IMG/VR virus record: IMGVR_UViG_3300028024_000181
Coordinates: 1 to 50,700 of that record
Length of the DNA stretch: 50,700 nucleotides
Source of the DNA: a virus
Lineage: Duplodnaviria; Caudoviricetes
Strand: one strand, 5' to 3'
Shown: piece by piece, positions 7,962-16,315 of the stretch
Layout: the number at the start of each line of letters is the position of its first letter
Numbering within the stretch: position 1 is the stretch's first letter
Notes under the pieces: model-generated
Databases searched by the model: none
What the model was told of the DNA's origin: nothing
What the model saw: only the letters and a program-made list of their open reading frames with translations
Program-made: the position numbers and the translations under genes

Positions 7962-10169
7962 TCAATCCGTCGGGAATGGCCAAGCAGCGGCCGGATTGAG
8001 CGGGCGCCTGATCGTCGGTTTGGCGCCGTCGACGAGCGGCATTTCGGTCGCCGCCGTGCTGTTCGCGGGAGCAGATTTTTTCACTGCAATCTTCTCCGCG
8101 CTCGCCGGTGGCGGAGCCGTTTTTGTCGCTGCCGGCTTTTTAACTGGCGAAACTTTCTTCGCGACCTTGCGTGCGGGCGCAGCTACGGCGGCCGCCGCCG
8201 GTGACGGCGCATCGTCCACACGCGTGGGCTCGGCGATCTTCTTCGCGCCGCGCTTCGGCGGGGCCTTCTGCTTGGCAGCCTTTACCACCGGCGGCGTTTG
8301 GGGACGAAGCAGGGCAGGCAGCCAGCCGGTATCGGAGAGCAACTCCTCGGCTTTCTCAGCGAGCTCGGCCTTTTTGAGCTTGTCGACGTGCTTGATGCCG
8401 AGCTCGCCGGTGCCGACCTCTTCGAGTGCTTCGATGATTACCGGCTTGGCCACCTGGCCGAGAAAGGACTTGCGCGTCGGTTGCCACCAGTCGGCCATGT
8501 TCAGCCCGATAGCCTCCTCGACGTGCTCGAGTGGCCGCGAGTGATCATTGCTGGTGGTGGTATTGATGCAGGCCGCCGTGCAGAACGCCAGCAGCTCGAC
8601 AACTTCCACCACCTCGCGCTCGGCCACCCATGCAAAAAGCTTCGCCGGATCCTCGGGCAATTCGGTCTGCAATTGCGAGCGGCGTTCGGTGAGCGCTGCC
8701 CACGCCTTGCTTTGCTCCATGTCGTCCGCGCTGGACGCGAGGTTCGTGAGCTGCTCGGTCGGCACGATGGAGAGACCGCCTGATCCGTAATAACCGTTGT
8801 AGATCACCTTCGCGAGCAGCGTGGAGCACAGCAGATCGAGCGCCACGCGCGGTGCTTCGAGCAGATGAGCAGACATGGCGGCCGAGCGGTTCGCCGTGAG
8901 TTTGCGCAGCAGAACTTCGCTGTAGGTGACCTTTTCCGGTTCGACGGCTTCGCCAGCAGCAACGCGCTTCTCACGCTCGGCTTTTGCCTTGGCCTTCTCT
9001 TTTTCGGCCGCCACCTTCGGGTCGATCATGCCGCGATGAATCTCGAGACTGCCATGATGGTTGATGCCGATCACGGCGCCGGCCGACTTCTTCTGGCGAT
9101 CAGTGAAGGTTTCAAGCGAGCTTTTGATCAGCTTGATGCGGTAGAACGCCTTCTCCGCGCGATGATTAAGTTCCTCGACCTCTCCGGTCGTAAGCTCATC
9201 GTCTTCGTCATCGTTGACGGCATCGGTGGCCGCGCGCGCAGTTTCTTCCAGCGTGGTGATCTCTGTCTTTTCTTCGTCCGTAAGTCCGCGCACCTTCGGC
9301 TTGCTGCGGCCATAGGCATTCGTTTCGTTCCAGCCGAGTTCCGGGTAGATCTTCACAAACGACCAGCCCTCTGCACGCAGTTCGGTAGCCGCAGCTTCCA
9401 GCTTCTCCGCGGCGAGCCGTTGCATCAGCGCCATGTCGGCGACGTAGCCGCTGTCCGGACCGCCGAAGAGATCGCGCAGCACGGTCCCGCCAGCGGCTTC
9501 GTATGCGTCAAGGCCGACGAACTTCGCCGCGCGGACGCTCGACGCATCCGTTTTGCCCTTGGTCAGTGCCTGCCGCAGAGAGTCCGCATGTTTATAGAAC
9601 TGCGATGCGCCGTACCAAACCTTGCATTGCAATGCCTGATCATCGGTGAGCGTGAAGGCCTGCAACTGCTCGAGGTTCATCCCGCCCTTGCGATAGATCT
9701 CGACCAGTTCCGGCGCCACCTTGGCCAGCAGCAGGCGGCGTTGCACGACAAGCGGCGTGCAGCCGAATTGCGCGGCGATATCCTCGACCGGCGAGCCTTC
9801 CTCGAAAAGCACCTTGAACGCGTAGAACTCGTCGGCCGGGTGCATCGGCGCGCGCCCGGTGTTTTCCGCCACGCTCGCGGCGAGCGCACGATCTGGAGTG
9901 GTGAGCAGGCAAAACACGGGGTGGTCCGCCGGCACCTTGCCCTGTTGCTCGAGCAGCTTGAACGCGCGATATCGTCGGCCGCCGCCGACCACGCCGTAAT
10001 TGCCGTCTTCCGGGATGGTGATCAGATTCTGCAACTGGCTCTGTGACTCCAGCAAAGCGGCGAGCTCAGATACATCGCTCGTATCGTTCGGGCGTGCATT
10101 CAGCGGCGAGATATGCAGCTTGTTGAGCGGCACCGTAATGAGTTGGCCGTCGACGGTCTGTTTTTTCAT
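7962..10169 (-). CDS. Large ParB/RepB/Spo0J-family protein (plasmid-type)
   Basis: ParB_N: LQNL..GGGRRYRA..EN..R..MHPADE; HTH IAAQFG....VQRRL.LA; K/A/P-rich tail ending AAAWPFPT. Confidence 0.9.
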   Translation of the reverse strand: MKKQTVDGQLITVPLNKLHISPLNARPNDTSDVSELAALLESQSQLQNLITIPEDGNYGVVGGGRRYRAFKLLEQQGKVPADHPVFCLLTTPDRALAASVAENTGRAPMHPADEFYAFKVLFEEGSPVEDIAAQFGCTPLVVQRRLLLAKVAPELVEIYRKGGMNLEQLQAFTLTDDQALQCKVWYGASQFYKHADSLRQALTKGKTDASSVRAAKFVGLDAYEAAGGTVLRDLFGGPDSGYVADMALMQRLAAEKLEAAATELRAEGWSFVKIYPELGWNETNAYGRSKPKVRGLTDEEKTEITTLEETARAATDAVNDDEDDELTTGEVEELNHRAEKAFYRIKLIKSSLETFTDRQKKSAGAVIGINHHGSLEIHRGMIDPKVAAEKEKAKAKAEREKRVAAGEAVEPEKVTYSEVLLRKLTANRSAAMSAHLLEAPRVALDLLCSTLLAKVIYNGYYGSGGLSIVPTEQLTNLASSADDMEQSKAWAALTERRSQLQTELPEDPAKLFAWVAEREVVEVVELLAFCTAACINTTTSNDHSRPLEHVEEAIGLNMADWWQPTRKSFLGQVAKPVIIEALEEVGTGELGIKHVDKLKKAELAEKAEELLSDTGWLPALLRPQTPPVVKAAKQKAPPKRGAKKIAEPTRVDDAPSPAAAAVAAPARKVAKKVSPVKKPAATKTAPPPASAEKIAVKKSAPANSTAATEMPLVDGAKPTIRRPLNPAAAWPFPTD

Positions 10170-10186
10170 GGCAGTTGCGTGGCCTG

Positions 10187-10615
10187 TTAGTGGGTGGTGC
10201 GCGGTGCGGCGGCAGGCGAATTGAAGATGGCGCGGAGGATCCCGGACAGAGCGAGATCGCCGAACGCGGGCGTGAGCTGCGTCGCGTAGGCCTGGCGCTC
10301 GCGCATGATCTGCAGCGCACGCCGGAACGATGCATTGCTCTGCGGCGCGTCGAGCCACATGGGGAGCCAGTTGCCGACGCCGTATAGGGCGTCATAGCGG
10401 CGCAGCATCGCCGCGCGGGTCATCCGGACAGGGGCCGCGATAGCGACGTCGTCCTCGTTCATCACATGCTCAGCGCCCATCGCGAACCGGGAATGGGGAA
10501 GCGTCCAGGTGTCGAACCTGATGCAGTCAATACGCTGCCCGTCTTCGCCGAGCGCCACGATCGACTGCAGGTGATCGGTCGGCCGTGAGTCGTTGAAAAT
10601 GAAGATCGTTTTCAT
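10187..10615 (-). CDS. Hypothetical protein
   Basis: AAGGGA RBS, coupled start. Confidence 0.7.
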   Translation of the reverse strand: MKTIFIFNDSRPTDHLQSIVALGEDGQRIDCIRFDTWTLPHSRFAMGAEHVMNEDDVAIAAPVRMTRAAMLRRYDALYGVGNWLPMWLDAPQSNASFRRALQIMRERQAYATQLTPAFGDLALSGILRAIFNSPAAAPRTTH

Positions 10616-10770
10616 GGCTTGAGTCCCTTCGTGTGGTGCGTCGCACGCCGACGCCCGGCGGCGCGCAGAAGCGCGCGAACAGTTCGATGTGTTTCCCGCA
10701 GCGACGCGTTACGTGCGTCGAGATCGGCGAGCAGCTGCCAGAGAGTTGGTGTGGGCTTGCGTCGCTGCAT
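10612..10770 (-). CDS. Small hypothetical protein
   Basis: AGGA RBS before ATG 10770. Confidence 0.45.
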   Translation of the reverse strand: MQRRKPTPTLWQLLADLDARNASLRETHRTVRALLRAAGRRRATHHTKGLKP

Positions 10771-10781
10771 TACGGATCCTG

Positions 10782-10808
10782 AAAAAACGGGCGCTGTGAG
10801 AGCCGCCC
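10782..10808 (-). terminator. Probable intrinsic terminator in early-left operon
   Basis: Minus strand GGGCG-GCTCTCACAG-CGCCC followed by GTTTTTT. Confidence 0.5.
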
Positions 10809-10856
10809 CCAAGCTCGCCGACCGGGGGTCACAACCGACGAGAGACCACTGAAAAA

Positions 10857-11531
10857 TCATTTGCGCAGCTCGACCAGCGCGATGAGTGCGCGGAAGTGCT
10901 CCGGACGCAGATCGACGGCGCCGCTTCCGGTCCGGATGCTGATATCGCCATTCGGCCAGGACACGAGCGAAACGTCGTCGATGGAAATCGTGAAGTCGGG
11001 CTCACGTGCGAGCTCCGGCGACGGCTTTGGTGGATCTGCTGGTGATGGCGAGGCCTCCGCAGCCTTGGCGGCAGGCTTCTTTCGCATCGCGACGATTGCG
11101 GAAGCTGCCTCGAAATGGCTGACCGCGACCGGCGCAGTCTTTGCTTCAGCCTTTGGCTTCGGCGCGACCTGGCTTCCGATGCAATATTTCCCGCCGTCAC
11201 GAACGATCCGGCCGTCGTGGAGCGCGCCCTGAATGAATGGGGAAATGCCGCCTTTATTGGAAATGCCGAGCGCCTGGCAGATAACTGCGCCAGCCGCTGG
11301 GCCATGCTCCTTCAGATATGCGATTACCTCATCAGCTCGCGTGAGCCGTTTCGTCTCGGGCAGGTTAGCGATCGTTGCTTTCTGAAGGCCGTTGAGCGGA
11401 TTGGCCCACGGATTCGTTGGTGCGGGGGCGCGCTCGATCCCGCCGACGTCGGCGTCCGTGACCGCGTCCCCTGCAGCAGCTTCGGGCTCCGCGGCGCGCG
11501 GAAACATGTTGGGGTGGCCGACGTTCTTCAT
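10857..11531 (-). CDS. Hypothetical protein with central winged-HTH-like segment
   Basis: VIAYLKEHGPA....ICQALGI..I..AL..GRIVRDG. Confidence 0.65.
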   Translation of the reverse strand: MKNVGHPNMFPRAAEPEAAAGDAVTDADVGGIERAPAPTNPWANPLNGLQKATIANLPETKRLTRADEVIAYLKEHGPAAGAVICQALGISNKGGISPFIQGALHDGRIVRDGGKYCIGSQVAPKPKAEAKTAPVAVSHFEAASAIVAMRKKPAAKAAEASPSPADPPKPSPELAREPDFTISIDDVSLVSWPNGDISIRTGSGAVDLRPEHFRALIALVELRK

Positions 11532-12259
11532 GACAGCTGCCCCACGTTGACGGCAGCGCTGTGGCGCGGGAAGAAACGCGAGGCCCGTGCGACCATCGTG
11601 TCGAGCTCGAGCACGGCCTGCTCGCCCGATGCGTGTGCCTGCTCGTACAGAGCCGGTAATTCACTTTCGAAGCTCTCGCGCACTTCGTCACGCGTTGCGC
11701 AGCGATTGTCGAAATACCAGAAGACCTGTTCGGCCTCGCCGATGTGCAACTGGATGGTGTCGGCACCCGGCACGACTTCGTAGCTGCGCGTTACCCAGAC
11801 CATCAACACGCCGACGTCGGAATTTCCCATCAGGCACGCTGCCTTGAATTTGGCGCAGTCCTGATGCGCCGGCGGCACGACGCAGATGCGACTGACTGCA
11901 GCGGTCGGTCGAAGAACGAATGCCTTGTACTGGCCGAGCGGCTCGCCGCACACCGCGCACCGCTTGTAGTAATGGCAGGCGGCGAGATCCGGCGACGGCA
12001 GCTCGGTGGCCGGCGGCTGCGCGCGCAGTCGGACTGGCACGGCCGGCACTCCGTTACGAAGAAGCATGCTCATGGCGCTTCCTAAACCGGAGGCACGCCG
12101 CGACCGCGCCTCCGGAAGAGCCCGATCATCGTTCGCGGGGGCGGGCGGGTTGAGATTGGAGTCGAAAGCGTGGTCGAAGCGACCGGCGACAGTGGTGAGC
12201 GTCCAGGCGACGGATCCGAGAGCGACGATGGCCGAGCCGATATAGCCGAGCGTGTTCAT
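11528..12259 (-). CDS. Hypothetical phage protein, N-terminal TM segment and Cys/His motif
   Basis: GGAGG RBS; CAVCGEPLG..AF..PPAH.DCA. Confidence 0.65.
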   Translation of the reverse strand: MNTLGYIGSAIVALGSVAWTLTTVAGRFDHAFDSNLNPPAPANDDRALPEARSRRASGLGSAMSMLLRNGVPAVPVRLRAQPPATELPSPDLAACHYYKRCAVCGEPLGQYKAFVLRPTAAVSRICVVPPAHQDCAKFKAACLMGNSDVGVLMVWVTRSYEVVPGADTIQLHIGEAEQVFWYFDNRCATRDEVRESFESELPALYEQAHASGEQAVLELDTMVARASRFFPRHSAAVNVGQLS

Positions 12260-12263
12260 GGAG

Positions 12264-12509
12264 TCATTCCTCCGAGACAAGACGGATGCCGCGCATGGCA
12301 GCGGTCGCGGCGACGAAGTCCTGCATCGTCCGCACGTCGTTCAGCATCGTCCGGAGCATTTCCAGCGTGGCGCCCAGTTCGATCGCCGTTTCGAGCGCGT
12401 GTGCGGCGCCGCGTTGGACGAGGTGCTGCGCGATTAGCCCGGGACCGTCGAGCTCGAGCACGAGCTCGCGCGATTTATCGAAGTCGGGAATGTTGTCGAT
12501 CTTGGCCAT
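12264..12509 (-). CDS. Hypothetical protein
   Basis: GAGGA RBS; in operon. Confidence 0.6.
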   Translation of the reverse strand: MAKIDNIPDFDKSRELVLELDGPGLIAQHLVQRGAAHALETAIELGATLEMLRTMLNDVRTMQDFVAATAAMRGIRLVSEE

Positions 12510-12510
12510 G

Positions 12511-12780
12511 TCATTCCTCATCGATGTCGTTGGCGGCGCGCCGTTTGATATCGACGCATTGGTCGTCGAACCCGAGCGACGTCTGGTCGCCGATCTGGCG
12601 GCGCGGCTGTGAGCTACGGCGTGCCTTCGGGTTCGGATGGAGTTGGGCGCGGACCGCGGCCTGAACGGCGGCGCGCACTGCCGGCGAGAGCAGGGCCTCG
12701 TCGGGCTCGCCCTCGACGCCGAGCGTGCGGCAAGCCGGCGCCAGCATTTCGTCCGGGAGGCGGGTAGGAGTCGGTCGCAT
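12511..12780 (-). CDS. Hypothetical phage protein
   Basis: C-terminal DIKRRAAND motif; GAGAA RBS. Confidence 0.65.
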   Translation of the reverse strand: MRPTPTRLPDEMLAPACRTLGVEGEPDEALLSPAVRAAVQAAVRAQLHPNPKARRSSQPRRQIGDQTSLGFDDQCVDIKRRAANDIDEE

Positions 12781-12788
12781 GGCCGTTC

Positions 12789-12989
12789 TCACAGGCACCG
12801 GGTGAACGAGCACGACGAATCCCCAGCGGCCGCACGGTCCTGGTACTGCATATAGCCGAGCGTGAGCAGGTAGACGAACAGCACGCCGAGGATGGCGAGG
12901 ATGTTCCGGACGATCCGGAAAGCCGACTTCACAGCGCGAGCGCCGCGCCGGGTGTTGCCGGTGGGTGTTGCTGACTGTTGGTTGGCCAT
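12789..12989 (-). CDS. Small single-pass membrane protein, first gene after PL
   Basis: Hydrophobic ILAILGVLFVYLLTLGY; GGAG RBS. Confidence 0.7.
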   Translation of the reverse strand: MANQQSATPTGNTRRGARAVKSAFRIVRNILAILGVLFVYLLTLGYMQYQDRAAAGDSSCSFTRCL

Positions 12990-13022
12990 CGCTCGCTCCG
13001 TGGTTGCGGTGTGTTGGAGCGA

Positions 13023-13066
13023 ATAATAGAACTATCGGTTACCTTCTGTAAAGTACCGAAAGTTAC
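13023..13066 (-). promoter_or_regulatory. PL promoter with two operators
   Basis: TTTACA-18-TATTAT on minus strand; operators 13028-13042 and 13052-13066 match the OR motif. Confidence 0.75.
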
Positions 13067-13095
13067 CTAATTTGTAACAGCAAGGACATCAGGCG

Positions 13096-13120
13096 AAAAA
13101 AAGCCCGCTAGAAGCGGGCT
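13096..13120 (-). terminator. Intrinsic terminator of the repressor operon
   Basis: AGCCCGCT-TCT-AGCGGGCT followed by T-run on minus strand. Confidence 0.85.
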
Positions 13121-13140
13121 GGCCTGCAAATTCCGAATGT

Positions 13141-13389
13141 TCAGTGGGCCGTGATGAGATAGGTATCCAGCATGTTCGACGACACATCCAGACACCACGC
13201 GAGGACGGCTAGGACGTGCAGATCGGCAACGCGAGTCCGGCTGGGCACGATGGTGCCACCGCGTGTCACCGAAAAATGCACATCGGTCACTATCTCCTGG
13301 TCATGCTTGCGTTTTTTGCTATTCCTCGCGGCCCGGTAGGCTGCGAAGTCGACGATCTCAGGTCCCGTTCTTTCCCGTGTCATGTTCAT
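13141..13389 (-). CDS. Small protein co-transcribed with repressor
   Basis: EIVDFAAYR motif; lies between cI and terminator; start uncertain. Confidence 0.6.
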   Translation of the reverse strand: MNMTRERTGPEIVDFAAYRAARNSKKRKHDQEIVTDVHFSVTRGGTIVPSRTRVADLHVLAVLAWCLDVSSNMLDTYLITAH

Positions 13390-14038
13390 GGTCACTCTCA
13401 GGTTGCGCGGCCGATCGGGTGCCGGCTCTAGCGTGTCTGGCAAAGGTAGCCGGGCTTTCAGCAACCTTGTCAGAGGAGGAGTGTGCTTCTGTGGCGCGTG
13501 CTTTAAACGGCGGATTAGAGGTGTTTTTACCCTCTTCTCGAGAGTTTTGCGCGCCAAGCATTAATAGGATCGCCGCCCGAATTGTGGGCGACATGTCAGC
13601 TTGCACGGCATGCAATGCCGCACGCAATAAAGTTGCGTCATCGTCTGTAATTGCCATGAGACGGTGCTGCCCGTCTATTTCGTGCAGGATTTTGGCAAGG
13701 GCGCGTGTGAGCTGCGGTCCCGCCTGCGACGTTCCTCGGGCGGCGTCTTCCGCACGCAATGCTGTGTCTGGCACCGTGGGCACGCTAGCGCCCCGTTTCT
13801 CGCCGCGTTCCGTTGCGAGCCATTCGAAGTTGACGCCGAGCCAATGAGCAAGGTCCATCAGGCGCGACGTCTCCGGGATTGCTTCTCCCTCCAGCCACTT
13901 TCTGGCCCCTTTCTGCGAGACGCCCATCTTCTCGCCCAGCGCCCTTTGGCGGCCAGCGCCCTTCGCGGGGAAGCGGATATCGTCCAATGCCTCGTTCAGC
14001 CGGGCCGCGAAAGCGCGTTTTTGATCGTCAGTAACCAT
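13358..14038 (-). CDS. cI: CI-like XRE HTH repressor without S24 peptidase domain
   Basis: FAARLNEAL..GRQRALGEKMGVSQKGARKWLEGEAIP..LA..LGVNFEWL; divergent from cro. Confidence 0.88.
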   Translation of the reverse strand: MVTDDQKRAFAARLNEALDDIRFPAKGAGRQRALGEKMGVSQKGARKWLEGEAIPETSRLMDLAHWLGVNFEWLATERGEKRGASVPTVPDTALRAEDAARGTSQAGPQLTRALAKILHEIDGQHRLMAITDDDATLLRAALHAVQADMSPTIRAAILLMLGAQNSREEGKNTSNPPFKARATEAHSSSDKVAESPATFARHARAGTRSAAQPESDHEHDTGKNGT

Positions 14039-14107
14039 GAGTTCTATTGTCCTCGCATCGCAAGGAACAATCAGTTCTTGCCGACTGGTAACTTACGGTT
14101 CTAGAAT
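14031..14107 (+). promoter_or_regulatory. OR region: three operators and PR
   Basis: GTAACCATGAGTTCT (14031), GGAACAATCAGTTCT (14064), GTAACTTACGGTTCT (14088); TTGCCG-18-TAGAAT. Confidence 0.8.
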
Positions 14108-14114
14108 GCTGGCC

Positions 14115-14381
14115 ATGAACCTCATCGAACAAGCCATCAAGCACGCCGGCGGCGTCACTGCCTTCACGAAGGCTTTGAACGCGCTGATCGATCGCCCTGT
14201 GACCTATCAAGCCGTGAAAAAGTGGGCGGTGAAAGGCCGCTTGCCACGGACCGAATGGACCGGCGAGTCGAACTATGCTGCGGCGATCGAGCGTTTGACC
14301 GGTGGTCAAGTGCCGCGCGAGAAGCTTCTGCACACGCTGCCAGCATCGGCGACCGCGTCGCTTCAAGAGGAGGGCGTCTAA
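14115..14381 (+). CDS. cro: Cro-like HTH regulator
   Basis: IEQAIKHAGG....VTYQAVKKW..GRLPRTEWTGESNYA..IE. Confidence 0.88.
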   Translation: MNLIEQAIKHAGGVTAFTKALNALIDRPVTYQAVKKWAVKGRLPRTEWTGESNYAAAIERLTGGQVPREKLLHTLPASATASLQEEGV

Positions 14382-14689
14382 GTATGCGAGTTCTGATCCA
14401 GTTTTTTCGCGTACTCGTAGGCGACGGTGTTCGCGAACTCCAGTCGAGCGCGGGAATCGATCTCCAGGCCGCGGGCATTGCACCAGGCAATGAACTCGTC
14501 GAGTTTGATGTGTGCTTTGACGACCACAAGACCCTCCGCGAGACAACGCTTGCGCATCTGCTCGGCGCTGCGCTCCCACTTCAGGAAGCTCTCCGGCAGC
14601 CCGGAGCCGTCGTTGAACACCGATCGCGCGCGATCGTATTCCGACTTCATGAACCAGCTGATCGCAATGACTTTGGGGATGTCGCTCAT
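14378..14689 (-). CDS. Cassette 1 gene, hypothetical protein
   Basis: WF..EY.RAR..F.DG..LP.SF..W...AE..F..WC...G..DS.AR pattern; own TAGAAT box. Confidence 0.8.
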   Translation of the reverse strand: MSDIPKVIAISWFMKSEYDRARSVFNDGSGLPESFLKWERSAEQMRKRCLAEGLVVVKAHIKLDEFIAWCNARGLEIDSRARLEFANTVAYEYAKKLDQNSHT

Positions 14690-14863
14690 GTGTGAATGTT
14701 CCGTAGTGGTGACGCGTGTAGGAGCCGTCAATTCTACGGCGAGCGAGCATCCCCACCTCTTTTCCGAATTGGCACAAGCCGCGCCGCTCCAAGAGGAGGG
14801 CGTATGACGCATCACACGTTAAGACTGACTGCGGATGCATCGGGCCTGGGAGCGTCGGTGCAG

Positions 14864-15085
14864 TTACTTTCCGAGCTTGCCAAACGCTTTCCGGAGGTCG
14901 TTGAGCGATTTGTTGACGGACTGCTCGACCTTTCTGAACTCGTTCGCGTCGACGTGCGTAACTGCACCGCAGGAACTGCAGGTGAGGTTCGGATCTGTCT
15001 TGAGCCTTCGGATTGTTTCCGTGAGTTTCTTGCGGCAGTTGCCGCAGGGAATGTCGACGGTTTGGTTGTCGAAGTTGATGGTCAT
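14864..15085 (-). CDS. Cassette 2 gene, small zinc-ribbon protein
   Basis: CGNC...CSSC; GAGGGG RBS; own TAGAAT box. Confidence 0.8.
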   Translation of the reverse strand: MTINFDNQTVDIPCGNCRKKLTETIRRLKTDPNLTCSSCGAVTHVDANEFRKVEQSVNKSLNDLRKAFGKLGK

Positions 15086-15211
15086 GGGTGTTCCCCTCGC
15101 AAAGGAGATTGACGTGTGGAAACGCAATTCTAGCGCGGGGTGGAACACCCTCAATTTCGTGATCGGCGGCGCGGGCAACGCGGTTGCGCAGCAAGAGGAG
15201 GGCGTCTGATG

Positions 15212-15727
15212 TCATCGCGCCATCAACGCAATGAGCTTCGAATAGTCCGGCGGAGGGAGGAAACCGGCGAAATATTCGAATTCGCAGTCCGCACAGACAA
15301 GGTATTGGGCGCTCTTCACTCGAACCGGTTGCAGGTAGCCCGTCTTATCCGCGTTCACGCATTTCGGACATCTGTAGTGAATTGGCTCTTTGTCGGCGTA
15401 CGCCGACTTCAGGCGATAAACAACGGGTCCCTCGGTTATCGGAGTGAGTTCGTATCGAGAAAGCTCTCGCTTCTTAGCCTTCAGCTTTGCAATTTCCTCA
15501 TTAGCCGCCTTCAGATCGTGCTCAAGCGTTGCCACGCTCTTGATGAGACGTACGTTGTCCTCCGACGTTTGCAGCGTTGCGACGTTCAACTCGCGGATCT
15601 CGTCAACGAGGGTTTGCGTTGCTTTTTCGATCACAGACTCGTCGTGGGTCGCGACTCCTTTTGTGATCAAGCCCAGCGCACCGTTGACGGCAGCGAGGAT
15701 GCCAGAGACGGTAGTTGCAACAGCCAT
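15212..15727 (-). CDS. Cassette 3 gene, coiled-coil plus C-terminal zinc-ribbon protein
   Basis: Amphipathic N-terminus, coiled coil, CPKC...CADC; GAGGGG RBS; own TAGAAT box. Confidence 0.8.
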   Translation of the reverse strand: MAVATTVSGILAAVNGALGLITKGVATHDESVIEKATQTLVDEIRELNVATLQTSEDNVRLIKSVATLEHDLKAANEEIAKLKAKKRELSRYELTPITEGPVVYRLKSAYADKEPIHYRCPKCVNADKTGYLQPVRVKSAQYLVCADCEFEYFAGFLPPPDYSKLIALMAR

Positions 15728-15904
15728 GGGGGTTCCCCTCGTTCTGAAAAGGTAGGTGTAGGAACCACCGATTCTAAACGGGGAGCGAACCCCCGCCATT
15801 TTTGGCGCGGGCCGCGTGGCGGCGCGTGAATTCACGAGGATTTGCATGGTGTCCATGCAAAAAATTTTCGACGCCGGCCGACCGGTGTAGCAAGAGGTGT
15901 AACG

Positions 15905-16315
15905 ATGGAATTTGACTATTGGGGTGCCGCCGCGCACCCGCGTGGAAAGGCGATCCACCCTCCCGAACCGACCGCGCCGCTCACCCCGGCGCGTTTGCGT
16001 TTCCTGCCGCGCGGCGAGATCGAGGCCTGCGCAACATTTCGCGATGCGTGCGTGCTCGCCTGGAAGAACCGGCAACACCCGGGGATGACCACGACCTACC
16101 TCGCGTCTGTTTGCGATCTGACGCAGCAGCACGTGTCCGAGTACTTCCACGCCGACGAGCGCGACGAGAAGGGTCGTAAGCGACGGCAATTGCCGGCTGA
16201 CAAGGTCGGCGTGGTGCAGGAGCAGCTCGGCAATTGCGCGATCGGGCAATGGCTGGCGCGCGACATGGCCGTGCGCCTCGTCGAGGAGTTCTTCGCGGCG
16301 GAGAACGTGCGGTGA
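15905..16315 (+). CDS. CII-like transcriptional regulator
   Basis: Position after cro; HTH-like MT.TYLA..CDL..QHVSEYF; GN.AI.QWL; GAGGTG RBS. Confidence 0.65.
   Translation: MEFDYWGAAAHPRGKAIHPPEPTAPLTPARLRFLPRGEIEACATFRDACVLAWKNRQHPGMTTTYLASVCDLTQQHVSEYFHADERDEKGRKRRQLPADKVGVVQEQLGNCAIGQWLARDMAVRLVEEFFAAENVR

Larger units (their letters stand above)
14364..15205 (+). repeat. Three copies of CAAGAGGAGGGCGT (14364-14377, 14790-14803, 15192-15205) bounding gene cassettes
   Basis: Exact 14-bp direct repeat; copies 1 and 2 extend to 23/25 identity. Confidence 0.92.

Noticed and set aside
14364-15205. CRISPR array interpretation of the 14-bp repeats
   Set aside because: Repeats are too short, spacing is ~400 bp with whole genes between, and there are no cas genes
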